From a virus: DNA of 64,000 nucleotides. The first letter of the stretch is position 1; each line of letters opens with the position of its first letter. The position numbers and the translations under genes were made by a program. This document shows positions 20,000 to 30,682 of this stretch, piece after piece. The notes below the pieces were generated by a model that made no database searches, was not told where the DNA came from, and was given only the letters and a program-made list of their open reading frames with translations. Location: positions 1 through 64,000 of the IMG/VR virus record IMGVR_UViG_3300025853_000044; one strand, written 5' to 3'.

Positions 20000-22288
20000 A
20001 CATGACCGAATACGAAGAATACAGAATTGAGATACATAGAGGAAACAGCGGCAGTGGGTGGTGGTGCCAAAAGCGCATCCAATTACCCGTGAAAGGGAAT
20101 GGATGGGATGAAGAAGACCTGCACTCCATGTTGGAGTATGAACTCTTTGAGAAAATGATGGCCGTTATCACGGGTTGGCTCGGCCCCAAATCCGACTGGG
20201 AAGATGTGTACGGAGGCGAGGAAGAATGACTAATGTACAGTGCAGTAAGTGTGGGGAGTGGTGTGTGATAGATGACACTGACTTTTCGCAAGGCGACCTT
20301 GAGGACTTTGCTGATGATAATTTGATTTTCCGATTCACTGATTACTGTGAAGGCGTGATTGATTTAGACGGTGATGATTGGGAAACATGTGGACAGGCGA
20401 TTGAGGTACTGCGCTACGCAACCGTACTTGAACACCGAGATATTGAACAGGAGGAATGAAACATGGGATGGAATAATTTGAATGACGAACAATTGAAAGC
20501 ATCGCTTTGGATAAATGTGACAGAAGAAATGGGCGTGACGGCTGAGGGTATTGCTCTCGCCATCCACCTCAAAGACAAGGGTACCTTTACGGCTTCGGAC
20601 TTTGAGGAAGCGCAACACGAAGTTGACATGGAGAACTACTTGGTTCTCACAGACGAGCAAGCAGACGAGTGGTGTAAAGAAGAGATTGAAGAGATGGTGT
20701 GGGCGTTCTCCCCATCGTTCCTGCAAGCATACACAGGAGTTGATGCTGATGCAATCACGAAAATACAGGAGATGTGTGAGGGTGCAAACGAACCACTCAA
20801 GGCGATGATAAAGGATTTTGATTACTTCGTTAAAGACGCAATGAGTTGCGACGGGCGAGGGCAATTCCTCGCTGGCTACGACCATGAGGAGAATTATGTC
20901 ACTTACAATGACACGATTTACTACATCTATCGGAGGAACTGACATGACACGAGAAGAACAAATTGCTGATGAATTGAAACAAGAGATGGCCGCTCTCAAC
21001 CGTCGTATTGCACGGTTGAATGCGTGGAAAGAAAGTGGGTACGAAGAACCGTGCCAAGAACACGATTGGTTTTACACTGAGATGCGTGAAGAGGTTGGTA
21101 GCGACCCCACGACTTGGTACATTATACGATACAAGTGCCATCGTTGCGGTATGACGATGGAACAACATGCTGTTGTTAAGCAGGAAATCCTGTTTGACGA
21201 ATGGCAAGAATACCGAGAAAACAAAGGAGATGAAGAAGAATGAAGACACAACGGCAACGGAAAGCAGGATTGGCAAGACAACGAGCCAAGTACAAGAAAG
21301 CGAAAATGAAGAACGCACTACGAGGTGAAGAAGAATGAAGACATATAGCGTAGAGGTCACCTACCAAGGTGAGATTGAGGCGAAGAGCAAAGAAGAATTG
21401 GAAGAGGCGTTGTTTGTGGTTATTGCCCTGTTTGGTAAGCCGTTCACAAATGACACCTTTGAGGCTGTGGACTGGACGATTGAAGGAGATGAAGAAGAAT
21501 GAGTGATTATACTGAAGAAGAAGTGCAACAGATGATTGAAGAAATCCGTGAATCGTACAATGTGCGAGAAGTTGTTTGTTTGAAAACGATGCGACGATTC
21601 CGTGTGAAGACATGGGCATACGCTACAGGAGTTGTCACGATTGATACGACGGAGGGAGTTGAATGAAACTGGCACTGACAATGGAGAAGTTTACCTTTTG
21701 GGGTAACGATACGGACGACTTGGCTGACAGCATCAAGGAACTGCTGTTCAAAGAACATTTCGTGAAACTACGAATGACGACCAGCACAGCACTTGCGAAT
21801 GACTTGTACACGCTTGATTGCATGGCGCAAATGTGGAAAGTGCAAATGCAAATTGGCTACGAGATTGACGAGAGTTACAGCAACAAACCTGCACGGGTAG
21901 TTGTCCACCTCAATCCCAACTTTGGCTACAGCGGCAAGAGCAAATCGGAGAGTGATGAGTGATGTGGATTGCACTGACAGAAGGATGGTTGAGCATCGTT
22001 GCTCACCGTGACAAGCCCGACCACCTACTGGTGCGGGCACGCAACCCTAAGCACATTCGTCGCACATTCGGAGAGCAGGTCATGTACACTGACGCTAACG
22101 CTGACTATCCGTTCCGTGCTGATGTGCCACGGGGTGCCGTCATTGATTTCCTCATCAATCGTTTGGAGCGCATGACCTATGACAACTTCAAGAACACGAT
22201 TGATGAAGGGCGATACCACGATGTGGCACTGGATATATGGCGGGTTATGTACCGATACGGAGAGAACTACCGAGGTGATGCAGAATGA
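19996..22288 (+). CDS. Chain of small coupled genes (19996-20229, 20226-20459, 20463-20942, about 20944-21243, 21240-21338, 21335-21502, 21499-21666, 21663-21962, 21959-22288)
   Basis: ATGA overlaps; most end in ...EE*; three below 60 aa were hand-translated. Confidence 0.7.
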
Positions 22289-22737
22289 ACACACCAATCA
22301 AACTGGGCGAAGGCTCGCTGACGATGTGTGGTATTGACGACTTCCGTGACACACTTCGCAAGGAGCATACGGTAGTCACGCTGTGCCGCTACACTCCCAA
22401 GTGGAGCATGGTGGACAAGAACGAGCGACACCACTACTACTTCCGGGCGCACAACAAAGACCCCGCCATTTGGACACACGCTATTCAAATCGTCATGGAC
22501 GCTATCGCTGAGGGCAAGGATGTTCTCTTGCACTGCGTCCATGGCCGTGACCGCACGGGTGGCGTAGGCTACGCCGTGCTACGACTCCACGATTATGAAC
22601 ACGACCAAGCGCACTTTGCCATGGCGGAGGCTCGCCCCTGCATGGCATCAATGTGGGACAACATTATCCCGCAACGCCGTGAAATGTACGAGGAAATAAT
22701 TGAGGAGTATATAAATCAGCAAAGAGAGAGGAGATGA
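22285..22737 (+). CDS. Dual-specificity/tyrosine phosphatase-like protein
   Basis: VLLHCVHGRDRTG (HCX5R); downstream ARP motif. Confidence 0.85.
   Translation: MNTPIKLGEGSLTMCGIDDFRDTLRKEHTVVTLCRYTPKWSMVDKNERHHYYFRAHNKDPAIWTHAIQIVMDAIAEGKDVLLHCVHGRDRTGGVGYAVLRLHDYEHDQAHFAMAEARPCMASMWDNIIPQRREMYEEIIEEYINQQRERR
22706..22726 (+). promoter_or_regulatory. Early promoter motif copy 7 (AGTATATAAATCAGCAAAGAG), inside the phosphatase 3' end
   Basis: Starts 28 nt before ATG 22734. Confidence 0.8.
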
Positions 22738-23088
22738 GAAACATGACCAACAACAGGAGAAAAAGTATCACACGAGGCTACAGCCTCATGGTGAATCAAA
22801 TTGACGAACACTTCAGCATGACCAGTGACCCATTGACAGAACTGCAATTCCGTGAAATTGAATTGATGGCATACGAGAATGTAGAGTGTATGAAAGACTA
22901 CTGCGAAATGCTGAGGAAAGAAACTATACCACTATTGGAGGAATGAACATGGCAGTACAGATTACGATAACGATTGAGAAAGAATTTGAAGTTGAAATGG
23001 AAGAACTGAAGTGCATGACACTCTTTGAGTATATCAAAGAACATGTGCTTGACGACATACAAGAAGAAGAAATAAACATAACGGGGGA

Positions 23089-24111
23089 ATGAATATGGCG
23101 CACAATTTAGCACAGACAAGAAACGGACAATACATGACGGCTTGGGCAGGGGATACACCTTGGCACGGGCTTGGGACACAAGCAGAAGCACTGATGACGG
23201 CTACCGAGGCGTTGAAACTCGGCAACCTTGATTGGACTGTAGAGAAGCGACCACTGTACAACCGCACCGAACTCGGTGAGGTTGAGGTGGTGGAGAACAC
23301 CTTTGGTGTGTTCCGTAAGCAAATCAACGAAGACGGTTCACACTCGTGGATTGCACTCAACCGTGGCACAGCCGTGGGCCGAGTGTGGAAGCCCTTCCAA
23401 AACATTGAGGCGATGGACTTCCTTGATGAGTTGGTGCAAACCCAAGAGGCCAAGATTGAGGTCGTGGGTGCATTGGGTAAGGGTGAGAAAGTATGGGTGC
23501 TTGCGAAGTTGCCCGACAGCATTCTCATCAACGGCGTGGACAAGGTTGACCAGTACATCCTCATCGTGAACAGCCACGATGGTAGCGGCTCACTCAAAAT
23601 TTTCCTCACACCCATTCGTGTGGTGTGCAACAACACGCTCACCATGGCACTACAAGGACGAAAGGGTGGCTACAACATCCGACACACCGGCAAACTGCAT
23701 GACCGCTTGGAGCAAGCACGAGAAGTCTTGGGCTTGGTGAACACAGACTTCATGGCGTGGGGTGAGATGGCACAGTCGTTGGTTGAGGTCAAACTCACCG
23801 AAGACGAGATGGAGTCCTACTTCATTGACGCACTCAACCTCACCTTCAACGACGAAGGTGACCTTACGACCCGCTCATCTAACATGCTCAAGACCGTGAA
23901 GGGCTTGCTCGGCAACGAGAAGAACACCCTCAACGGTATGGAAGGCACGGCATGGGCGGCATACAACGCACTCACCGAAGCGGTTGACCACAACTTCACT
24001 CGCCTCGCCAACGGCAAGGTAAGTTCCAAGCGCATGGAGTCGGCACTCTTCGGTACCTACTCCCGCACCAAGCAGAAGGCATTCGTGAAGGCATTGGAGT
24101 TGACGGTATAA
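23089..24111 (+). CDS. DUF932 (phage/plasmid TIGR03299-like) protein
   Basis: PWHGLG, LDWTV.KRPL, QN.EA.DF, VWVLAKLP, NSHDGSGS, TPIRVVCNNTL, IRHT. Confidence 0.85.
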   Translation: MNMAHNLAQTRNGQYMTAWAGDTPWHGLGTQAEALMTATEALKLGNLDWTVEKRPLYNRTELGEVEVVENTFGVFRKQINEDGSHSWIALNRGTAVGRVWKPFQNIEAMDFLDELVQTQEAKIEVVGALGKGEKVWVLAKLPDSILINGVDKVDQYILIVNSHDGSGSLKIFLTPIRVVCNNTLTMALQGRKGGYNIRHTGKLHDRLEQAREVLGLVNTDFMAWGEMAQSLVEVKLTEDEMESYFIDALNLTFNDEGDLTTRSSNMLKTVKGLLGNEKNTLNGMEGTAWAAYNALTEAVDHNFTRLANGKVSSKRMESALFGTYSRTKQKAFVKALELTV

Positions 24112-24620
24112 TGAACATCTTCGTACTTGACAACGACCCCGTGAAAGCGGCGCAGTACATGGACGACCAGCGAGTGAGCAAGATGATAATTGAGTCCGGC
24201 CAAATGATGCGAGCGGCTCTCGGTCGTCACGGTATGACTGAGGATGACTGTCGGCAGTTTGGCATCCTCACCAAGAGCGGAACGCCGTGGCGCATCACAC
24301 ACAAGAACCATCCTTGCACACTGTGGGCTGGCGAGTCACGCATGAACTTCATGTGGCTGGCGACCCACGCTCTTGCATTGTGTCGGGAGTTTGAGCAACG
24401 CTACCTCAAGGAACATGCTTGTCGGCAACCCATCATGCACATGATTGAGTACATGGAGCAGTACATCCCCGAAGGAGACTACACCCCATTCGCTCAAGCG
24501 ATGCCTGTGGAGTACAAGCACGACAACGCAGTGACGGCCTACCGTCGCTACTACCAAAGCAAAGACAACATCCGGTACAGGAAGACGGATGTACCCACAT
24601 GGTGGGGGGTGACGGCGTGA
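24111..24620 (+). CDS. Pyrimidine-dimer DNA glycosylase (T4 endonuclease V-like family)
   Basis: MNIFVLDNDP..AA, KMIIES.QM, HKNHPCTLW, EF..RY.K.H, FAQAMP, AYRRYY. Confidence 0.8.
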   Translation: MNIFVLDNDPVKAAQYMDDQRVSKMIIESGQMMRAALGRHGMTEDDCRQFGILTKSGTPWRITHKNHPCTLWAGESRMNFMWLATHALALCREFEQRYLKEHACRQPIMHMIEYMEQYIPEGDYTPFAQAMPVEYKHDNAVTAYRRYYQSKDNIRYRKTDVPTWWGVTA

Positions 24621-24747
24621 TACAAGTACAATGTACAAAGTGCGATAGAATCAGCGAAGTACCACACACCAACTTCACTGCCATATTGTGTCAAACATGT
24701 ATCACTGATGGTGACATCGGTTTCATGAAAGTCGTGGAGGTGAAAGC

Positions 24748-25329
24748 ATGAGCCTGCACGAGAACTTCGGCAGTGGCAACGCTGATGCCAACCCCGACCT
24801 CAAGCCCAATGACATGGTGATGACCCCACGGCACATCGCCAAGCAGATGATTTCTTTCTACACACATGACTTGGTGAGATTATGGGGGCCAACAGTGGGC
24901 GGTATCTCGCAAACCAAACATGATGTTGTACTTGACCCATGCCGTGGTGATGGTGCATTCTACGACCAATACCCCGAATACTGTACGAAAGACTGGTGCG
25001 AAATTACTGAGGGCCGTGACTTCTTTGACTGGCCCTACAAGGTGGACTGGATTATCACCAACCCACCCTACAGCATTTTCCCTCAGTTCTTGGAGAAGTG
25101 CTTTGAGGTGGCTGACAATGTGGCCTTGCTGATACCACTTGCGAAGTTGGTGTCAAGCCTCAAGCGCATAAATATGGTCATGGACTACGGAGGCATTGTG
25201 TCAATGCGAGTTATTGGAGCAAGCAAGTGCGGGTTCCCCTTCGGGTTCCCTGCCGCCGCCATCCACATGAAGCGAGGCTTCAACGGCAAAACGCTGATTG
25301 AGATGTGGCCAACAGACGAGGAGGAATGA
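24748..25329 (+). CDS. Amino-(N6A/N4C) DNA methyltransferase-like protein
   Basis: TP, LDPCRGDGAF (SAM-binding), DF, IITNPPY (motif IV). Confidence 0.8.
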   Translation: MSLHENFGSGNADANPDLKPNDMVMTPRHIAKQMISFYTHDLVRLWGPTVGGISQTKHDVVLDPCRGDGAFYDQYPEYCTKDWCEITEGRDFFDWPYKVDWIITNPPYSIFPQFLEKCFEVADNVALLIPLAKLVSSLKRINMVMDYGGIVSMRVIGASKCGFPFGFPAAAIHMKRGFNGKTLIEMWPTDEEE

Positions 25330-25955
25330 ACATGGGACAAATGACTGATGGAACCGAATGCTTACTGTGCGAACTGTGGCAAGACCTTGACAGCACTGAC
25401 GACTTGGACAAGTGCTGTGCTGAATGCCGAGGCGAGATTGAATGGATGCTCGCACGACGAAGGGCAGGTGATGAATGATGGCAGGTACTTACACAGGCTA
25501 CAAATGTAAATGCGGTCACGGTATCCATACCACTTTTGATGGTTCGGGAATCGTACCGTGTAAAAAATGTGGAAACACTTCAGGAACGATGAAGCGACAA
25601 ATGCACAAGTGGGTGCTTTCGGGATGGGAGGATAGGGGGCGAAAGCCCCGTGCTGATGAATGGGAATGCGTTCATTGTGGACTTGTAGTTGATGATGGCG
25701 AGCGTGCCCCTTCACGCTACTGCGAGGAAGGTGAGCAAGAATGACTGAAGTGCTTGACGCTGAGATGAAGGACGAGTGCCACATCATGCTCCTCGTGCGA
25801 CGAGACAGCGGTGATGTGTGGGAGGACTACGGTTCCATCCTGCGAGTTCAATGCAACATATACGACAGACTCCTTGTTTGGGTAGGCGATGAAGAGCCAC
25901 CCACATGGTGGGAGGGAAAGAAGAATGGATGAACAACTTGATAACGGAAAGGTAA

Positions 25956-26687
25956 GTGGTGAGGACAATGGAATGGCAACCGAGTGAAGAATTGATTGCA
26001 TGGGGGAACGAACACTTTCACGGTATGCCTGTGGACAGTGTATGGTCGCCCGACGACAGCGGTGTGCAGTATCGCAAGATGAGTGAGACAAGTTACGCAC
26101 TCATCTTCATGCTCAACCACCCGCTGGCACAGGAACACCACGAGAAGTTCACGCTCCTCATGGAAGCGTGTGGCTACACCGTGGAGAAGCCCGATGGGTT
26201 GGAGATGGTGACACCACCGATTGACCCGGCGGCACAGGCTGAGATGAACTTCCGTGCGAAGCAGGAGGTTGCTCAGTCATGGACTTGTGAGTGCGGTTTC
26301 CCGTTGGCGAACAACGACTTCTCCAAGTCGGTGTACGAGTATGTGGAAACGATTGATGCTGAAACAAGCAACGGCGGCACGACCCCCATTGACCTGTGGC
26401 GTGTCGTGTTGAGTTGCGATAACTGCGGCAAGGATAACACGATTGACCCCGATGACTTTCACCTGCTGGCTGGCGACGACGAGTTCATGCGCTGGCGCAA
26501 CGGAGACAAGGAGTACATTGCTCTCACACGAGAACAACTCAAGGACTTCGCTGACAGCGGTATGTTTGATGAAGGCTACAGCAACCGCACCGTGACCGTC
26601 ATGGGTAAGTTCCGTGGCGAGGACAGGGTACCACCTTGGTTGTGGGGTATCACTTGCCTCATCAAGAGCAACACCGAAGAGGAGTGA
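25956..26687 (+). CDS. Hypothetical acidic Zn-ribbon protein
   Basis: CECG...CDNC. Confidence 0.7.
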   Translation: MVRTMEWQPSEELIAWGNEHFHGMPVDSVWSPDDSGVQYRKMSETSYALIFMLNHPLAQEHHEKFTLLMEACGYTVEKPDGLEMVTPPIDPAAQAEMNFRAKQEVAQSWTCECGFPLANNDFSKSVYEYVETIDAETSNGGTTPIDLWRVVLSCDNCGKDNTIDPDDFHLLAGDDEFMRWRNGDKEYIALTREQLKDFADSGMFDEGYSNRTVTVMGKFRGEDRVPPWLWGITCLIKSNTEEE

Positions 26688-26691
26688 GCAC

Positions 26692-27939
26692 ATGCTTACA
26701 CTGGCGAGGGCCAGTGATTTGTTCGCTCGGATGCCAAACAAATTACTGGTGAAAGAAATTAGCAAGCGTGAGTGTGAGGAACTTTGGGAGTTCGTCAATA
26801 CCAATGACAAACTCTCAATCTCACAACACAAACTCAAGACAGCCATGGCTGATGAGTGCGGTGTGATGCTTGAGCGTTTGCTTGAGGTGTTAGGTGATAG
26901 TCCCTTTGTAGATGGGCTGGTCATGGAGGCTGGCGAGGAGGAGAGTGATTACACACTCAAAGAGGCAGTACAACTCATGCGCTCCGCTCACCTTGTGGAC
27001 AACTGGATTCTACCCTTCTGTCATTCAATCAGTAAGGAAGAGGCCACAGTCATTTGGCGGTGGGCGATTGGCTATTACTGGACAGCCTACCGGAACCGCT
27101 TCCTCAAGTGGATTAAAATCATGAGTAAATTAAATGGAGATTTTTCTTTTGATGTTCATTTGGCTGTCATTTATGATGGCCTTCAAATCTCGGACGACAT
27201 CAAGCCGTTCAAGCGGTTAGAGCCATGGGAGGGCGGAGTACCCGACAAGTGGTGGTTCGTGCCCGACTGTGGTACGCTGAAACATGTGGGTGATGGAGTG
27301 GTTAGGAACCGAAACGGCACACTGAACACCAAGTTCACACCGTTGCTGGATAGTGACGCTGAGTGTTGGATGTGGGAAAACCCACTTGGCACGGGCTACC
27401 ATCACTCAACAAACGACAAACTACCTTTTTCATCGTACAAGAACGCTATGGCAGATAAGTTTCACTGGAATGAATCACAGGTACTACTGGATTCATATGC
27501 CAAGGGTGGATTTTTAATTGCTCATGAAACGACAGGTGGATATAAAGAACCCAAAAATTTGACCTACTATTTACTGAGTAAAGGAAGCAATACACTGTAC
27601 GGACAAGTCATGACTGTACGCAACATGAACAAAGGAGGGTATGAGATTGTTATCGGTTTTAGCGATGCTGGCGAAGTTGTGGAGACAACGACACATAGAA
27701 TGAATGAACTGCCGCTTCAATTGAATGAAGCACTACTAAGGCGTGGGGTGAGTGCAAGTGTTCGCTACGCCTTTCAACATGTAGAGGATTGCTTGGTTGC
27801 CAAGTTCATGTACACTTGGAGTCCTAACGAAGAGTGGCACTTGAAGTTCATAGAAGTAGAGAACAACAAAGGTGAGAGCGATGTGGATGACATACTGGAT
27901 TACTTCGCAGTGGTAGGTGGCGAGGATGAATCATCTTGA
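26692..27939 (+). CDS. Possible degenerate ATP-dependent DNA ligase-like protein
   Basis: Helical N-domain (SKEEATVIWRW), WWFVPDCG..KH..RNRNG in the register of ExKxDG.R..H..SRNG, OB-like C-terminus; no catalytic Lys evident. Confidence 0.4.
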   Translation: MLTLARASDLFARMPNKLLVKEISKRECEELWEFVNTNDKLSISQHKLKTAMADECGVMLERLLEVLGDSPFVDGLVMEAGEEESDYTLKEAVQLMRSAHLVDNWILPFCHSISKEEATVIWRWAIGYYWTAYRNRFLKWIKIMSKLNGDFSFDVHLAVIYDGLQISDDIKPFKRLEPWEGGVPDKWWFVPDCGTLKHVGDGVVRNRNGTLNTKFTPLLDSDAECWMWENPLGTGYHHSTNDKLPFSSYKNAMADKFHWNESQVLLDSYAKGGFLIAHETTGGYKEPKNLTYYLLSKGSNTLYGQVMTVRNMNKGGYEIVIGFSDAGEVVETTTHRMNELPLQLNEALLRRGVSASVRYAFQHVEDCLVAKFMYTWSPNEEWHLKFIEVENNKGESDVDDILDYFAVVGGEDESS

Positions 27940-28366
27940 ATCAATTGGCCTCGGTCTTGCTCTCACCAAACTACAGTTCGTGGTACAGGTAAAGCGGCAT
28001 CCATTTGCATACGGCTTCAAGACCGTGACTCATATTCGTTTCAAGCGTTCAAGCACGGAAGAACAGAAGAAGTGCATTGAGGTGTGGCTACAATCGCACG
28101 GGCTTTCCTTGTTAGGTAGATTCCAATTGGGTGGTGAAGACATGTGGCGGGTACTGGAACTGCTTGAACCGTATCACTCACTGATGGGGAAGTCCGACAT
28201 TATCAACATCAAGAAGATGAACTGGCTCAAAGAGAACCCCATCCCCAAGGTATCGTTCAAGGATGATGGTACACGACGCAGTAAGAAAATTGGGAAGGAC
28301 TGGAAGAAGTTCATGTATTGGGCTGAGGCTTGGGACGCATACGGCGATTCCTTGAAGAGTATATAA
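27926..28366 (+). CDS. Hypothetical protein, possible LAGLIDADG-fold derivative
   Basis: Helix, beta hairpin (FVVQV..GFKTVTHIRF), VLELLEPY pattern; no catalytic acidic residue. Confidence 0.35.
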   Translation: MNHLESIGLGLALTKLQFVVQVKRHPFAYGFKTVTHIRFKRSSTEEQKKCIEVWLQSHGLSLLGRFQLGGEDMWRVLELLEPYHSLMGKSDIINIKKMNWLKENPIPKVSFKDDGTRRSKKIGKDWKKFMYWAEAWDAYGDSLKSI

Positions 28367-28378
28367 ATCAGCAAAGAA
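28358..28378 (+). promoter_or_regulatory. Promoter motif copy 8 (AGTATATAAATCAGCAAAGAA)
   Basis: Upstream of the clamp loader operon. Confidence 0.85.
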
Positions 28379-28395
28379 AGAGAGGTTGAGAAGAA

Positions 28396-29337
28396 ATGAC
28401 TTGGAACGAAGTATTACGACCTGTTCACCCATCCGAAGTGGTGGGCAACCAGCAGTTCGTAGAGGATGCCGCTGAATGGGAGAAGACGGGGGATTACCCC
28501 TCGGCCCTTCTGTTCATCGGGGAGCCGGGTACTGGCAAGACCAGTGCCGCCAATGCAATTTCTCGCACCATGCTCAGTGGTGCCTACAATGACATGAATG
28601 TAATGTGGACGAATGCCAGCGACGACCGAGGTATCTCTCACATCCGAGAGGAAGTGAAGAACTTCGCACGACTCAGCGGTGTTGGAGCAAAGAGGAAAGT
28701 GGTGGTACTTGATGAGGCCGATGGCCTTACCAATCAAGCCCAAGATGCCATGCGTGGTATCATGGAGAAATATGCCGCCAAGGTTCTCTTCATCCTCACC
28801 GCCAACTATGCTGACAAAATCCGCCCTGCAATCAAGAGTAGATGCACGGTGTACACCTTTCGCCGTGTCTCCGCTGAGCATGGTGCATCTCACCTTACAC
28901 GGCTCACCGAGTCGTGCGGTGTCCCTACTGACTGGGAACCGTTCTACGGTGATGTCGTGGAGTATCACGGTGGCGACTTGCGAGCGGCTGTCGCCTCCCT
29001 TGAGCGCATCCCCAAGACGGCTGATGCAATCAAACAATTCACGGTCAAACAAAGTGATGATGATTGGTGGGACTTTACCATCAGCAACAAGTGGAACGAG
29101 TTGCGAGAACATCTCATTGAGGTATTACATTCATCGGGCGATAAGTTGTCATTCATGAACAACTTCCATCGTGCCATTCGGAAGCATTTTGATAACGATG
29201 CTGACACCACATTTGCCATCATGGTAGTGTGGGGAGACATGATGAAGTATGTCTATGAATGGGGCGGGTCGGGGGAATCCTATGTGGATGTCCTTGTCGC
29301 ACGATTGAAGAAACAAATAGAGGTGAAAGAAACATGA
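28396..29337 (+). CDS. rfcS: Replication factor C small subunit (clamp loader)
   Basis: W.E..RP, GEPGTGKT, NASDDRGI, LDEAD, AQ.A.R..ME, SRC. Confidence 0.92.
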   Translation: MTWNEVLRPVHPSEVVGNQQFVEDAAEWEKTGDYPSALLFIGEPGTGKTSAANAISRTMLSGAYNDMNVMWTNASDDRGISHIREEVKNFARLSGVGAKRKVVVLDEADGLTNQAQDAMRGIMEKYAAKVLFILTANYADKIRPAIKSRCTVYTFRRVSAEHGASHLTRLTESCGVPTDWEPFYGDVVEYHGGDLRAAVASLERIPKTADAIKQFTVKQSDDDWWDFTISNKWNELREHLIEVLHSSGDKLSFMNNFHRAIRKHFDNDADTTFAIMVVWGDMMKYVYEWGGSGESYVDVLVARLKKQIEVKET

Positions 29338-30671
29338 GTACATGGAAAGACACAGATGAATACGAAGACATTGATGATAACACAAGTAACGGTTTTGGGG
29401 CGGCTTCCGAAAGCAACGCCAACGCTGGACTACCAAGCGGTGTCATTGACAGATTGAAAGCATACGCTGAGCGGGTGAGCCTACCATTGGCTGACATCAC
29501 AAAGCAGTTCGTTGAGAACATTGCTACCGAATACGGTTGCGCTGACCCAAGCACAGAAGACGAAGACCTACTGGTTGATTGGGCTGAACAACTTGTTGTT
29601 GAGACACGCCGCTCAAGCGGTGGCGGCAACAGCCGACTACAAACATGGGTTGGATGCTTCCTCGGTGTGGCTGACAAGAAGCGTGACAGGCTCGCCAACA
29701 TTGTGCGTTCCAATCTCAAACTGTTCAAGGACGACCCCGAACAGGCCATCAGCAGTGGTCGCCTTGGTGTATATTCCAAGAACGATGGTGTGTGGCACTT
29801 GACCAACAAAGAAGGGCAAGTCTCCACCGAGATTCCTGTGGAGGGTAATCCCACTCCACCATACGCAATCAAGCATGAGAACATGTTTGTGTGTCTCACG
29901 ACATGGGACGGCAAGGCCGCTCCATCCAAGAAGATGGGTCGCTACGCTTACTTCCTCGGTGGCGAGGAAGAAGACTTCGTGAAGAACGGCAACATTGGTA
30001 TGTGGCGCATTGACCTCACTGGTGCCAATGTGTACGCTAATCTCACCGTTGGTCGCCCATGCAAGGTGCCGGTCATCCCACCCCGTGAGGGTGGGAGTGA
30101 GGCATTCAAGGATGTGCTGACCACCTACGACGATTTCTCCGTGAACTACACTGATGAGTTCGTGAACGACGACCTGCGCCCTCTCCTTACACCATCACGA
30201 TTTTGGACGAACCCCGACTTCCATGAGTTGTTTGTCCCTGTTGACTCGTTGGAGGAAGCATACGAAGAGCGCAAGCAGTTCTACGATGCTGGCGGAGAAC
30301 GCCGTTCCTTCGGGCCACTGGTCATCACCAAGGGCACGGTCACTCGCATGAGTACCGAGCCTCGTGAGAGCGAGTACGACGAGGAAGGCCACAACTACAA
30401 CATGACGCTTTCAAGCAGTATCAGTGGAGACATTGACTGTTGGGTGCCCGGTGCCGTTGGTAAGTGTACCCAACCGTTCACCTCCCACTGGGGCGAAGAC
30501 TCCTTCCCCTACGCTGAGCGTTCCACCGTCTTCGTGTTTGGTCGCATTGGACTCAAGACACGAGATGGACTCACTACTCCAAAACTAACGGTGTTCGGTG
30601 TCTATGCAGACCCACGCCGTTCTCGCCGCCGAATGACCGGCGGAGACACTGGTACGGAGCAATTCAACTGA
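29334..30671 (+). CDS. Probable ssDNA-binding (RPA-like OB-fold) protein
   Basis: Position in the replication operon; OB-like C-terminus (VITKGTVTRM...DCWVP...VFVFGRI); acidic termini. Confidence 0.5.
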   Translation: MSTWKDTDEYEDIDDNTSNGFGAASESNANAGLPSGVIDRLKAYAERVSLPLADITKQFVENIATEYGCADPSTEDEDLLVDWAEQLVVETRRSSGGGNSRLQTWVGCFLGVADKKRDRLANIVRSNLKLFKDDPEQAISSGRLGVYSKNDGVWHLTNKEGQVSTEIPVEGNPTPPYAIKHENMFVCLTTWDGKAAPSKKMGRYAYFLGGEEEDFVKNGNIGMWRIDLTGANVYANLTVGRPCKVPVIPPREGGSEAFKDVLTTYDDFSVNYTDEFVNDDLRPLLTPSRFWTNPDFHELFVPVDSLEEAYEERKQFYDAGGERRSFGPLVITKGTVTRMSTEPRESEYDEEGHNYNMTLSSSISGDIDCWVPGAVGKCTQPFTSHWGEDSFPYAERSTVFVFGRIGLKTRDGLTTPKLTVFGVYADPRRSRRRMTGGDTGTEQFN

Positions 30672-30682
30672 GGTGAAGAAAC

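Noticed and set aside
27926-28366. Active homing endonuclease or mobile intron
   Set aside because: No acidic LAGLIDADG catalytic residue and no interrupted host gene.
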